NCBI RefSeq assembly: GCF_006345805.1
Contig: NC_043000.1
Location: forward strand, 6,386,001-6,450,000
Source of the DNA: Octopus sinensis
Taxonomy: Eukaryota
Direction of reading: 5' to 3'
DNA length: 64,000 nt
Shown here: positions 38,090 to 52,255 of the stretch, one piece after another
Numbering within the stretch: the first letter of the stretch is position 1
Layout of the letters: the number at the start of each line of letters is the position of its first letter
Position numbers and translations under genes: made by a program
The notes under the pieces: generated by a model
What the model saw: the letters and a program-made list of their open reading frames with translations, nothing else
Told to the model about the DNA's origin: nothing
Database searches by the model: none

Positions 38090-38975
38090 AGTTTCCGCTA
38101 CCTGGGTGACCAAGTTAGTAGTGGAGGTGGATGCTCAGAGAGTGTCACCACTAGAATACGAATAGCCTGGGCAAAGTTCAGAAAGCTCCTACCCCTACTG
38201 GCGACAAAGGGTCTCTCGCTCAGAATGAAAGGTAGATTGTATGATGCATGTGTGCGAACTGCCATGCTTCACGGTAGTGAAACATGGGCTGTGACTGCAG
38301 AGGACATGCGTAGACTTGAAAGAAATGAAGCTAGCATGATCCGCTGGATGTGTAATGTCATTGTGCACGCACGACAGAGTGTAAGCACCCTGAGAGAAAT
38401 GCTGGACATAAGAAGCATCAGATGTGGTGTGCAAGAGCGACGCTTGCGATGGTATGGTCATGTACTGCAGATGGATGAGGAGAGATGTGTGAAGAAGTGC
38501 CACTCCCAAACAGTTGAAGGTATCAGGGGGAGAGGTAGACCCAGGAAGACATGGGATGAGGTAGTCAAGCATGACCTCCGAGCATTGGGTCTCACTGAGG
38601 CAATGGCGAAGGACCGAGATCTCTGGAGATATACTGTGACTGCAAAAATCCGGGCTGCTTCCTGCACCAGTTCCACATAGCCCCTGCCCATTCAAAGTAC
38701 CCTGGATTCCAGAACGTCCCGCTGTGCTTGAGAACTGTTGAGTCAAGTACATGAACATGAACATCGAAATAAATATCAATGGAAATAGTCGCTGTGATAC
38801 CTGTGCAGGTGGCACATAAAAAGCACCATCCAAACGTGGCCGTTGCCAGCGCCGCCCCGACTGGCTTCTGTGCCAGTGGCACATAAAAAGCATCATCCGA
38901 ACGTGGCCGTTGCCAGCACTGCCTTGGCTGGCTTCCATGCCAATGGCACGTTAAAAGCTCCAATCGATCGTGGCC
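38085..38975 (+). mobile_element. RTE-clade LINE fragment: end of RT, C-terminal domain and part of the 3' UTR
   Basis: Open frame FRYLGDQVSSGGGCSESVTTRIRIAWAKFRKLLPLL..YDACVRTAMLHGSETWAV..RRLRWYGHV..GRGRPRKTWDEVV..DRDLWR to 38680, then ~60-bp UTR repeats. Confidence 0.95.
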
Positions 38976-41900
38976 GAGAACATTTCTTAGTGGTAAGACC
39001 ATAGCAGATCTACTTCTAGCATAAGGGTTGTCCACATAGTGGTCATCCCTCTCATATATAAATATATAATACAATTTTATTGAACCTTCAGATTTTTATA
39101 TGCTAGACTACTGGTGTGAAATTGATGTTAATTAAATTAATATCAAATTTCTCACCCACATTTTAAATTTATATATATCATCATCATCATCATCGTTTAA
39201 CGTCCGTTCTCCATGCTAGCATGGGTTGGACGGTTCGACCGGGGATCTGGGAAGCCAGAAGGCTGCACCAGGCTCCAGTCTTATCTGGCAAAGTTTCTAC
39301 AGCTGGATGCCCTTCATAATGCCTACCACTCCGTCAGTGTAATGGGTCCTTTTTACGTGCCACCCGCACAGTACGTGCCACCAACACAGTACGTGCCACC
39401 CGCACAGTACGTGCCACCCACATAGAGATCAGAGAGAAAGCCGAAAGCGGCACCCTCTTTGATCTCTTTTGGCACCCTCTTTGATCTCTTTCGGTATTCC
39501 TCTTTGATCTCTTTCGGTATTCCTCTATGATCTCTTTCGGCACTCTCTTTGATCTCTTTCGGCACCCCCTTTGATCTCTTTCGGCACCCTCTTTGATCTC
39601 TTTCGGCACTCTCTTTGACCTTTTTCGGTACTCTCTTTGATCTCTTTCGGGACTCCTCTTTGATCAAAGAGGAATACCCTCTTTCGGCACTCTCTTTGAT
39701 CTCTTTCGGCACTCTCTTTGATCTCTTTCGGCACCCTCTTTTATCTCTTTTCGGTATTCCTCTTTGATCTCTTTCGGTATTCCTCTTGATCTCTTTTGGC
39801 ACCCTCTTTGATCTCTTTCGGCACTCTCTTTGATCTCTTTCGGTATTCCTCTTTGATCTCTTTCGGCACCCTCTTTGATCTCTTTCGGCATTCTCTTTGA
39901 TCTCTTTCGACACCCTCTTTGATCTCTTTCGGTATTCCTCTTTGATCTCTTTCGGTATTCCTCTTTGATCTCTTTCGGCACCCTCTTTGATCTCTTTCGG
40001 TATTCCTCTTTGATCTCTTTAGGTATTCCTCTTTGATCTCTTTCGGTATTCCTCTTTGATCTCTTTTGGCACCCTCTTTGATCTCTTTCGGTACCCTCTT
40101 TGATCTCTTTCGGTATTCCTCTTTGATCTCTTTCGGCATTCTCTTTGATCTCTTTCGGTAGCTCTCTTTGATCTCTTTCGGTTATTCCTCTTTGATCTCT
40201 TTTGGCACCCTCTTTGATCTCTTTCGGCACCCTCTTTGATCTTCTTTCGGCACTCCCTTTGATCTCTTTCGGCACCCTCTTGATCTCTTTCGGCACCCTC
40301 TTTGATCTCTTTCGGCACCCTCTTTGATCTCTTTCGGCACCCTCTTTGATCTCTTTCGGCACTCCCTTTGATCTCTTTCGGCACCCCCTTTGATCTCTTT
40401 CGGCACCTCTTTGATCTCTTTCGGCAACTTCTTTGATCTATTTCGGCACTCTCTTTGATCTCTTTCGGCACCCTCTTTGATCTCTTTCGCACCCTCTTTG
40501 ATCTCTTTCGGCACCCACTTTGATCTCTTTCGGCACCCTCTTTGATCTCTTCGGCACTCCCTTTGATCTCTTTCGGCACTCTCATTGATCTCTTTCGGCA
40601 CTCCTTGTGATCTCTTTCAGCACTCTCATTGATCTCTTTCGGCACTCCCTTTGATCTCTTTTGGCACCCTCTTTGATCTCTTTGGGCACACCCTCTTTGA
40701 TCTCTTTCGACTCCTTTGATCTCTTTCGGCACCCTCTTTGATCTCTTTCGGCACCCTCTTTGATCTCTTTCGCACCCTCTTTGATCTCTTTCGGCACTCC
40801 CTTTGATCTCTTTCGGCACCCTCTTTGATCTCTTTCGGCACTCTCTTTGATCTCTTTCGGTATTCCTCTTTGATCTCTTTCGGTATTCCTCTTTGATCTC
40901 TTTTGGCACCCTCTTTGATCTCTTTCGGCACTCTCTTTGATCTCTTTCGGCACTCTCTTTGATCTCTTTCGGCACCCTCTTTGATCTCTTTCGGTATTCC
41001 TCTTTGATCTCTTTCGGTATTCCTCTTTGATCTCTTTTGGCACCCTCTTTGATCTCTTTCGGCACTCTCTTTGATCTCTTTCGGTATTCCTCTTTGATCT
41101 CTTTCGGCACCCTCTTTGATCTCTTTCGGCATTCTCTTTGATCTCTTTCGACACCCTCTTTGATCTCTTTCGGTATTCCTCTTTGATCTCTTTCGGTATT
41201 CCTCTTTGATCTCTTTCGGCACCCTCTTTGATCTCTTTCGGTATTCCTCTTTGATCTCTTTAGGTATTCCTCTTTGATCTCTTTCGGTATTCCTCTTTGA
41301 TCTCTTTTGGCACCCTCTTTGATCTCTTTCGGTACCCTCTTTGATCTCTTTCGGTATTCCTCTTTGATCTCTTTCGGCATTCTCTTTGATCTCTTTCGGT
41401 ATTCCTCTTTGATCTCTTTCGGTATTCCTCTTTGATCTCTTTTGGCACCCTCTTTGATCTCTTTCGGCACCCTCTTTGATCTCTTTCGGCACTCCCTTTG
41501 ATCTCTTTCGGCACCCTCTTTGATCTCTTTCGGCACCCTCTTTGATCTCTTTCGGCACCCTCTTTGATCTCTTTCGGCACCCTCTTTGATCTCTTTCGGC
41601 ACTCCCTTTGATCTCTTTCGGCACCCCCTTTGATCTCTTTCGGCACCCTCTTTGATCTCTTTCGGCAACTTCTTTGATCTCTTTCGGCACTCTCTTTGAT
41701 CTCTTTCGGCACCCTCTTTGATCTCTTTCGGCACCCTCTTTGATCTCTTTCGGCACCCTCTTTGATCTCTTTCGGCACCCTCTTTGATCTCTTTCGGCAC
41801 TCCCTTTGATCTCTTTCGGCACTCTCATTGATCTCTTTCGGCACTCTCTTTGATCTCTTTCAGCACTCTCATTGATCTCTTTCGGCACTCCCTTTGATCT

Positions 41901-43098
41901 CTTTTGGCACCCTCTTTGATCTCTTTGGGCACCCTCTTTGATCTCTTTCGACACTCCCTTTGATCTCTTTCGGCACCCTCTTTGATCTCTTTCGGCACCC
42001 TCTTTGATCTCTTTCGCACCCTCTTTGATCTCTTTCGGCACTCCCTTTGATCTCTTTCGGCACCCTCTTTGATCTCTTTCGGCACCCTCTTTGATCTCTT
42101 TCGGCACCCCCTTTGATCTCTTTCGGCACACTCTTTGATCTCTTTCGGCACTCCCTTTGATCTCTTTCGGCACCCTCTTTGATATCTTTCGGCACCCTCT
42201 TTGATCTCTTTCGGCACTCCCTTTGATCTTTTTCGGCACCCTCTTTGATCTCTTTCGGCACTCCCTTTGATCTCTTTCGGCACCCTCTTTGATCTCTTTC
42301 GGCACTCCCTTTGATCTCTTTCGGCACCCTCTTTGATCTCTTTCGGCACCCTCTTTGATCTCTTTCGGCACCCCCTTTGATCTCTTTCGGCACACTCTTT
42401 GATCTCTTTCGGCACTCCCTTTGATCTCTTTCGGCACCCTCTTTGATATCTTTCGGCACCCTCTTTGATCTCTTTCGGCACTCCCTTTGATCTTTTTCGG
42501 CACCCTCTTTGATCTCTTTCGGCACTCCCTTTGATCTCTTTCGGCACCCTCTTTGATCTCTTTCGGCACTCCCTTTGATCTCTTTCGGCACCCTCTTTGA
42601 TCTCTTTCGGCACCCTCTTTTATCTCTTTCGGCACCCTCTTTGATCTCTTTCGGCACCCTCTTTGATCTCTTTCGGCACTCTCTTTGATCTCTTTCGGCA
42701 CTCTCATTGATCTCTTTCGGCACCCTCTTTGATCTCTTTTGGCACCCTCTTTGATCTCTTTCGGCACTCCCTTTGATCTCTTTCGGCACCCTCTTTGATC
42801 TGTTTCGGCACTATCTTTGATCCCTTTCAGCACCCTCGTTGATCTCTTTCGGCACCCTCTTTGATCTCTTTACGGGTGGCATGTACTGTGCGAGTGGCAC
42901 GTACTGTGTTGGTGGCACGTACTGCGCGGGTGGCACGTAAAAAGAACCCATTACACTGACGGAGTGGTAGGCATTATGAAGGGCATCCAGCTGTAGAAAC
43001 TTTGCCAGATAAGACTGGAGCCTGGTGCAGCCTTCTGGCTTCCCAGATCCCCGGTCGAACCGTCCAACCCATGCTAGCATGGAGAACGGACGTTAAAC

Positions 43099-43134
<36 letters not shown>

Positions 43135-43325
43135 ATATATAAATTTAAAATGTGGGTGAGAAATTTGATATTAATTTAATTAACATCAATTTCACACCAG
43201 TAGTCTAACATATAAAAATCTGAAGGTTCAATAAAATTGCATTATATGAGAGGGATGACCACTATGCGGACAACCCTTATGCTAGAAGTAGATCTGCTAT
43301 GGTCTTACCACTAAGAAATGTTCTC
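38976..43325. repeat. 4.35-kb fold-back: ~450-bp inverted arms enclosing a satellite
   Basis: Left arm 38976-~39435 is the reverse complement of right arm ~42860-43325; each arm is a short interspersed repeat plus an RTE 3' end. Confidence 0.95.
39448..42871 (+). repeat. 22-bp satellite, ~155 copies, with higher-order repeats
   Basis: Unit tgatctctttcggcaccctctt; variants gtattc, gcactc and gcactccc; diagnostic variants recur at offsets 1241 bp and 264 bp. Confidence 0.98.
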
Positions 43326-43502
43326 AAGAAAAATTTAGCAAACAACCAAGAAAGAAAAGAAATAAAAATCCATATTTTTATTGCTTTTCTTTTGTTTTGC
43401 TTGATTACATTCTGGTGTTTGCTAAAATTTTCTTGAGAACATTTCTTAGTGGTAAGACCATAGCGGATCTACTTCTAGCATAAAGGTTGTCATCCCTCTC
43501 AT

Positions 43503-43745
43503 ATCATCATCATCATTTAGCGTCCGTTCTCCATGCTAGCATGGGTTGGACGGTTCAACTGGGGTCTGTGAAGCTGGAAGGCTTCATCAGGCCCAGTCAG
43601 ATCTGGCTGTGTTTCTACGGCTGGATGCCCTTCCTAACGCCAACCACTCCGTAAGTGTAGTGGGTGCTTTTTACGTGCCACCCGCACAGGTGCCAGACAG
43701 AGCTTGCAAACGGCCACGAACGGATGGTGCTTTTACGTGCTTTTA
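43503..43745 (-). mobile_element. RTE LINE 3' end
   Basis: Same family as 39177-39420. Confidence 0.85.
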
Positions 43746-43746
43746 C

Positions 43747-43792
<46 letters not shown>

Positions 43793-44944
43793 TCCTCGTG
43801 TAAATTGCCCGCATAAAACTCCTCGTGCGATATGGTTAAAATATAATCACAAAATAAATATATAAATTTATATAAATAAGGATAAAATCATTAATTTAAA
43901 TATGGAACTGATCAGGTGACCAGCATGGGAATAAAAACCTTCAAAGGTAATAATTATTATTAAAATTATAATTTAGGGTATCTACGAGATGCTAGTTTAT
44001 CTTGTCTCTTTGTCTTCTCTCCTGGTGCTGTATGAACATTTAATGTGGTTTTACAGTCAAGTATTGGCTGCTATTTCCAGCGTGGTGGTATCTCTTAGAT
44101 ACCCTAAATTATAATTTTAATGTATGTATGTATGTATGTATGTATGTATGTATGTATGTATGTATGTATGTATGTGTGTGTGTGTAAATATGACTAGGGT
44201 GTTAGAAACACCTACAACTACATTGCTAGAAATAAGAGCTAAAATGCTCTAATGCTGTAGTGAAGCCACATATTCAATCTGTGTTTTCAGGCGATTATAG
44301 TCTCCCTGTCAGTATATATATGTATACATATATATATATACATATATATGCTTTGACTACCGTATCAGTCAAAGCTCAGACTGGGAGCGATTTATCAAGG
44401 AACACATATTATATATCATAGGTGTAGTGGGACATGAAAGAAGTTTGGCTGTTTCTTCTAGTAAGTCGAGTATGTACGTATGTATGTATGTATGTATGTA
44501 TGTATGTATGTATGTATGTATGTGTGTATGTATTGCACATATGCTTGTATGTATGTATGTCTGTATGCATGGATGTATGTATCCATCTATGGATGTGTGT
44601 GTGTGTGTGTGCGCGCGCGCGTGTATGCAATTAATTCTGAAATTATGTTTTGAAATTTTCCTTTCTTCCAAGCTGTTTTAATATTTATAGCAAAACAGAT
44701 AACGAAACAGTAAAGCATGAATGTTCAATTACTGGTTGAATATATTTCCCGGGTTGTTGTTATTTTTTAATATTAGCTTTCTAAATAACAAGATATTTTA
44801 TTTCTTGACAGTTTCCCTTAAAATAAAGCAACAAATTAACTGCTTAGGAGCAGAACTGAGAATTAAGAAGTCGATCGTTTATATAGTCCAAGGGAACTAA
44901 CTCATGTATAAAAAGTTATTATTATCTCCCTTATAATCTGTCTT

Positions 44945-46827
<1,883 letters not shown>

Positions 46828-46837
46828 AACATACATA

Positions 46838-47470
46838 CGACAGTCTTCTTTCAGAATTGGCCTGTCTCTATTCACCAGTCTTGGTTGTTTAATTGCAAGT
46901 CCACAGATCATTTCATCCAATTGGTTGATGTATACATCTGCTGTGATTGACTTAGCAGGTCTCTTGAAGCTGTAGTTCGATGGCACCAATAATGGACCAC
47001 CCTACAGACACCATTAGCTTTTATAGGTGAATATTCTTCTTTGGATTGTGTTTTGGAACTTTGACTCTATCCCACCACTGGGCAGAACACTTGCTACTGT
47101 GGAAAAGAATTCATTTTTCAGCACACGTAACAATACGATGCAAAAATGGTTCACTTTGAAGCCGTGACAGCAAAGAACAGCAAGTTTCAAGACGTGTCAT
47201 TTGATACTCGTTCAGTTCGTGTGGTACCCACTTATCTAGCTTCTTTGCCAGTTTGTTTTAGATGGTCCAATAAAGTTGGAATCAAAACATCAAACCTTGC
47301 AGCTAACTCACGTGTAGTCTGAGATGTATCCGCTCCCACTACATTTTCCAGCTCATCATTATCCACCTTGGTCTCAGGTCTATCACGGTGCTGATTTTCA
47401 AGAGTAAAGTCACCAGACCGGAACTTCTCAAACCATCGATGTACAGAGTGCAAATTTGCCACATCTTAAC
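46838..47470 (-). mobile_element. Decayed mariner transposase fragment
   Basis: VHRWFEKFRSGDFTLEN..RPETKVDNDEL..SQTTRELAARFDV..LDHLKQTGK and SITADVYINQLDEM..KQPRLVNRDRPIL; frameshifted. Confidence 0.9.
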
Positions 47471-47619
47471 GAAACACCTCATTGATGTTTTGAACTGCCT
47501 GGGATGCACTGGTTCCACAATGGAACCAATGTCCATTTTTCTCATGCACCAACTTTGACAGTCATTTGACTATCTATCCATGGGTTCACAAAAACTGATT
47601 TACAAGAGAAAACTCACAA

Positions 47620-47789
47620 TTAGGAGTGGCTGTGTGGCAGGTAGCTTGCTTACCAACCACATGGTTCCAGGTTCAGTCCCACTGCGTGGAATCTTGGGCA
47701 AGTGTCTTCTACTATAACCTCGGGCTGACCAAAGTCTTGTGAGTGGATTTGGTAGACGGAAACTGAAAGAAGCCTGTCGTATATATGTG

Positions 47790-47830
<41 letters not shown>

Positions 47831-48038
47831 TTGTGTGTCTGTGTTTGTCCTCCCAACATCGCTTGACAACCGATGCTAGTGTGTTTATGTCCGCATAACT
47901 TAGCGGTTCTGTAAAAGAGACTGATAGAATAAGTACTAGGCTTGCAAAGAATAAATCCTGTGCTCGATTTGCTCGAATAAATGTGGTGCTCACTCCGGCA
48001 TGGCCACAGTCAAATGACTGAAACAAGTAAGAGTAAAG
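47620..48038 (+). mobile_element. SINE family A
   Basis: Full consensus. Confidence 0.92.
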
Positions 48039-48174
48039 ACAGCATGAATTGCATTTTGAAAAAAGATGATGTAACTCTTCAATGTTGTAAAACAGAGAAT
48101 TGTCAGGATAAAACATTAGAGTTAACGACTGTCAAACTTGGTGCAGAAGAAAATTGGACATTCCATCCTCAATG

Positions 48175-48230
<56 letters not shown>

Positions 48231-48401
48231 GAGAGAGAGAGTCGGGGGTTAGTTAAATTAGAGGTTATAAAGACTGTCTAAGGTATACTTATCTCAAATG
48301 AATTAACTGGTGTCTTACCTATATGTGACTATGAGTATTAGTATTAATGCTCATAAATGATAGGTAAGGAAAAGAGTAAACTGAAGTTTATCCACATTTA
48401 A

Positions 48402-48968
48402 GGAAAATAAGAAAATGGAGATAAAACTGATAATTGATAAACAATTATTTATTATTGATTATAAAAAAAAAGCATTATCTTAACTGACAGCTGTTTCGTA
48501 CTATTTAGGGCATAATCAGGCTTAATTATTACAGTAATAATAATAATAATTGTAAATAATTAATTATACCGACTTAAATAGCGAAATGGTGGAACTTCAT
48601 CAACAGTGGAAAAGTAAAGAAAAAGAAAAGAAAAGAAAGAGAAAAAGAGAAAGTAATTATATACCAATTGATGTTACATGCTGTTTTCAGAGGGATAGCA
48701 TGTAACATCAATTGGTATATTCTTACTTTCTCTTTTTCTCTTTCTTTTTCTTTATTTTTCCGCTCTGATGAAGTTCCACTGTTTAAGTTGGTATAATTAA
48801 TTATTTACAATGATAATTATTATTATTGTTGTAATAATTAAGTCTGATTATGCCCAACAGAATAGCGCCAACAGAAACAGCTGTCAGATGAGATAATATG
48901 TTTTTTATAATCAATAAATAATAATTGATGTTTATCAATTATCAATTTTATCTCCATTTTCTTATTTT

Positions 48969-48970
<2 letters not shown>
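48402..48970. repeat. ~570-bp fold-back of a Penelope-like pLTR with degenerate hammerheads in both arms
   Basis: Arms ggaaaataagaaaatggagataaaa.. / ..ttttatctccatttttcttattttcc; loop ~48683-48696. CUGAUUAU GCCC..GAAA CAGCUG UC at 48844-48885 (+) and 48519-48486 (-). Confidence 0.85.
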
Positions 48971-49003
<33 letters not shown>

Positions 49004-49964
49004 TATATATAAATTAGAGATAAAACCACTATTATGCAACTCAAACGGTGATAGACACAAACCAAAACATAGATAACGAATACTGTTCAGGGAAACTGGC
49101 AGTAGTCTGTGTTGACAAAAGAAAATTGAGGGCAGTTTTTAAATTTAGACAAGTATGTATGATGTACGCCATGGGACAGAATTCTAGTTTAAGCACCCCA
49201 TATAACCCTTTATAACTTATTTTGGGGGAATTTTCAGAAGATTTTAGTGAATTTGTGTTATACACAAGGAATTCAAATGATTATACAAATAAAAAAGCCT
49301 AAAAGCAAAAACAATTTTGTGATTTAAGGGTTATATTAGCTGTTATTTTTAACACATCTGTTAACTACCTTATAATCTCCTTCTTTGCTTGTCCCTTTGA
49401 TGTGTTGATATTTCCAATATCTTCTTCCCCGATCAACACATTTAATGGTCTATTACTGGGATTTTATCCAAAAATTTGAACTGTCCATATTTTCAAGTTT
49501 CATTTAAAAAAAAAGAAAAAACATTGGAAAAATTTAACAAAAAAATTTTTTTCATAATTGCATGAATTCCCATGTGCAGATTAACAAATATGCAAAAATT
49601 TTCTGAAAATCCTTGCGAAATGAAAAAGTTATGAGAAGTTATATAAGGTACTTAAAGCAGAATTACCATGTGCCATTGAAACTGGAGAATTCGGACATTT
49701 GAGTAAAAGATAGATTGAGAGGTAGATAGTTATGTATATATATATACGAAGACTTTTGAAATGTAACCCCAAATGTAATTGGTAGAACTATATACATGTT
49801 CAATCTCATGCGGACGTCTTGTGTATAGTTCTGCAAATTATATTTTGCTATGACGATCACACTGACGGGTTGTAAACATCTATGTAAGTGATTACGTAAG
49901 AGGTAACAACGAAACTGAATTTGTGATTAATCTGTATATTTTGTATCTTTTCATTTGTCTTGCT

Positions 49965-50328
49965 CGCTTATGCTCTGACATTTGCAAAATTTTCTTGAGA
50001 ACATTCTTTTTTTAGTGGTAAGACTATAGGAGTTCGACTTCTAGCATAATGGATGTCCACTTAGTGGACATCCCCCTTATATGTATGTAATATCATTTTT
50101 CTGAATCTTCAGATTTTTCTAAATGCCAGACCACTGGTTTTAAATTGATATTAATTAAATTAATATTCAATATTTCACCCTTATTATTTTAAGTTTAAAT
50201 TTTAAATAACCATGTTCTCTAACTGCTCTGACATTTGCTAAATTTTCTTGAGAACATTTCTTTCTTAGTGGTAAGACCATAGGGGGTCGACTTCTAGCAT
50301 AATGGATGTCAACTTAGTGGTCATCCCT

Positions 50329-50335
<7 letters not shown>
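49965..50335 (+). mobile_element. Two tandem copies of a short element with a GC hairpin (Helentron/HINE-like candidate)
   Basis: ttgagaacatt..tagtggtaagac.atag..acttctagcata, then hairpin ggatgtccac-tta-gtggacatcc (50051-50073). Same family forms the fold-back arms at 38976, 43140-43325 and 43417. Confidence 0.4.
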
Positions 50336-50389
<54 letters not shown>

Positions 50390-50689
50390 ATAATATAGAT
50401 ATATACACTCACTGATGACCTGACCATGCACCAAGTTGTACTGGATTACATATTACCATTAGCACTCACTAGTGGCCTGACACACATACATTCATACATA
50501 TATACATATATAGGTACATACATACATGCATGCATATATACATAACATACAGACACATATACACACATACAAACAAGCAAACCTACATACATACACTCAT
50601 CCATCCATCCAGCCAACCATCCATCCTTCCATCCATCCATCCAGCCAGCCATACATACATACATACATACATACATACATTGCAGCTGT

Positions 50690-51070
50690 GGCTGATACCA
50701 GTGCTGTCTGACTGGCACCTGTGCTGGTGGAATGTAAAAAGCATCATTCAAGCATTGGGCTTCATGGAAGCAGAGACAGGTGACCGAGACCCTTGGCGAT
50801 ATATCGTGCTTGTATTGACCTGTCAAGCCAAGTGAGACTGTAGTCGTGGCCACTGCCGGTTTTAAGTCAATGGTACCCATGCCAGTGGCACGTAAAAAGC
50901 AACCACTACACTCTTGGAGTTGTTGGTGCTAGGAAGGTCATCCAGCCATAGAAACCTTGTCAAATTAGACTGGAACCTGGTGCAGTGCCCCAGCTTACCA
51001 GTTTTCAGTCAAACTGTCCAACCCATGCCAGCATAGAAAGCAGATGTTAAATGATGATGATGATGGTGAT
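50690..51070 (+). mobile_element. RTE LINE 3' end linking coding sequence to the (ATG)n-tailed UTR
   Basis: QALGFMEAETGDRDPWRYIVL followed by ..cacgtaaaaagcaaccactacac..cccatgccagcat..gttaaatgatgatgatg. Confidence 0.85.
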
Positions 51071-51396
51071 ACACACACATACACACACTCATACATACAT
51101 ACATACATACATACATACACACACACTGCCTAAATACTAATCCTGAGAAATTAGGTTTCTTAAAACCAGAAAGGAGGAAGCTAATTCAATGGCTACAGAT
51201 CCAATCAATCACTGGAACTGTAAAAATCTGTAAAACTTTCCAGAAGTTTATCATTTAAGCATGTCTAGATATGTACTTATATGCATGAGAAACCATACAT
51301 AAAGCATACAAATCTGCACATACATACATACATACATACATACATACATACATACATACATACATACATACATACATACATACATACATACGTACG

Positions 51397-51430
<34 letters not shown>

Positions 51431-51468
51431 CATACATACATACGTACATACATACATACATACATTCA

Positions 51469-51502
<34 letters not shown>

Positions 51503-52011
51503 CATACATACATACATACATACATACATACTTACATACATACAAAAAATACCCTGTTGTTGATGTTGAAATTCCAATGAAGGAGCCTTGGATCTAGGTT
51601 AGAAACCAGCTCTATCTCTATTGGCAAGAAATCTTGAAATAAACTGAATAAAGACACACACATAAATACTGAGGAATTTTCTTCTGGTTATAATTCTTAC
51701 CTCAAATGTTTCGAATGGTTAAAATCTATTCGCAACTCATCAGCTCAAACATGGCAGCTTTCTCTTAACTACGTGTTCGTCACACTAAACACTCTCTTGG
51801 GAAATATTTAAATGCCATTTATTTTAATTTATCAATGAAGTGAAGAGTTATCTATAAAAATACCATATCTGTTAGTCCTCCGTTGGAAAGGCTTGCTTTG
51901 ACAGGACTGTGCTTCCCTCAGAGGGTTTTAATTAGACCCAATGGTTTGGAGTTCAGTCCCACCTTGAACAAGCATTTCTACTATAGCCCTTGGCTAAACT
52001 AAGCCTTGCGT

Positions 52012-52255
52012 GGAGGCAGGTGGCTTAGTGGTTAGGGGTGTTGGACTCATGATTGTAGGATTGTGGTTTTGACTTCTGGACCAGCAGATTCATTGTGTTT
52101 TTGAGAAGAACACTTTATTTCATGTTGCTCCAGTCCACTCAGCTGGCAAAAATGAGTAATCCTGCGAGGGACTGGTGTCCCGTCCAGGTGGGGAATATAC
52201 ATATGCCTTGAAACTGGGAAACCGGTCCTTATGAGTTGGTATGATTCGAGAAGGT
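52012..52255 (+). mobile_element. SINE family C nested in a SINE A remnant (51930-52320)
   Basis: ggaggcaggtggcttagtggttagg..ttgagaagaacactttatttc; SINE A halves on both sides. Confidence 0.7.

Noticed and set aside
37697-38680. 327-aa ORF as a single gene
   Set aside because: Chance fusion of an antisense RTE UTR, a (TA)n tract and a true RTE coding fragment; only 38085-38680 is protein-like.
39334-42833. Very long basic ORFs (up to 735 aa; KEIKEGAERDQRGCRKRSKRVP repeats) resembling a protamine-like protein
   Set aside because: The 22-bp unit has no stop in any minus-strand frame, so all three frames give the same 22-aa cycle. There is no unique N- or C-terminus, and frameshifts are tolerated freely.
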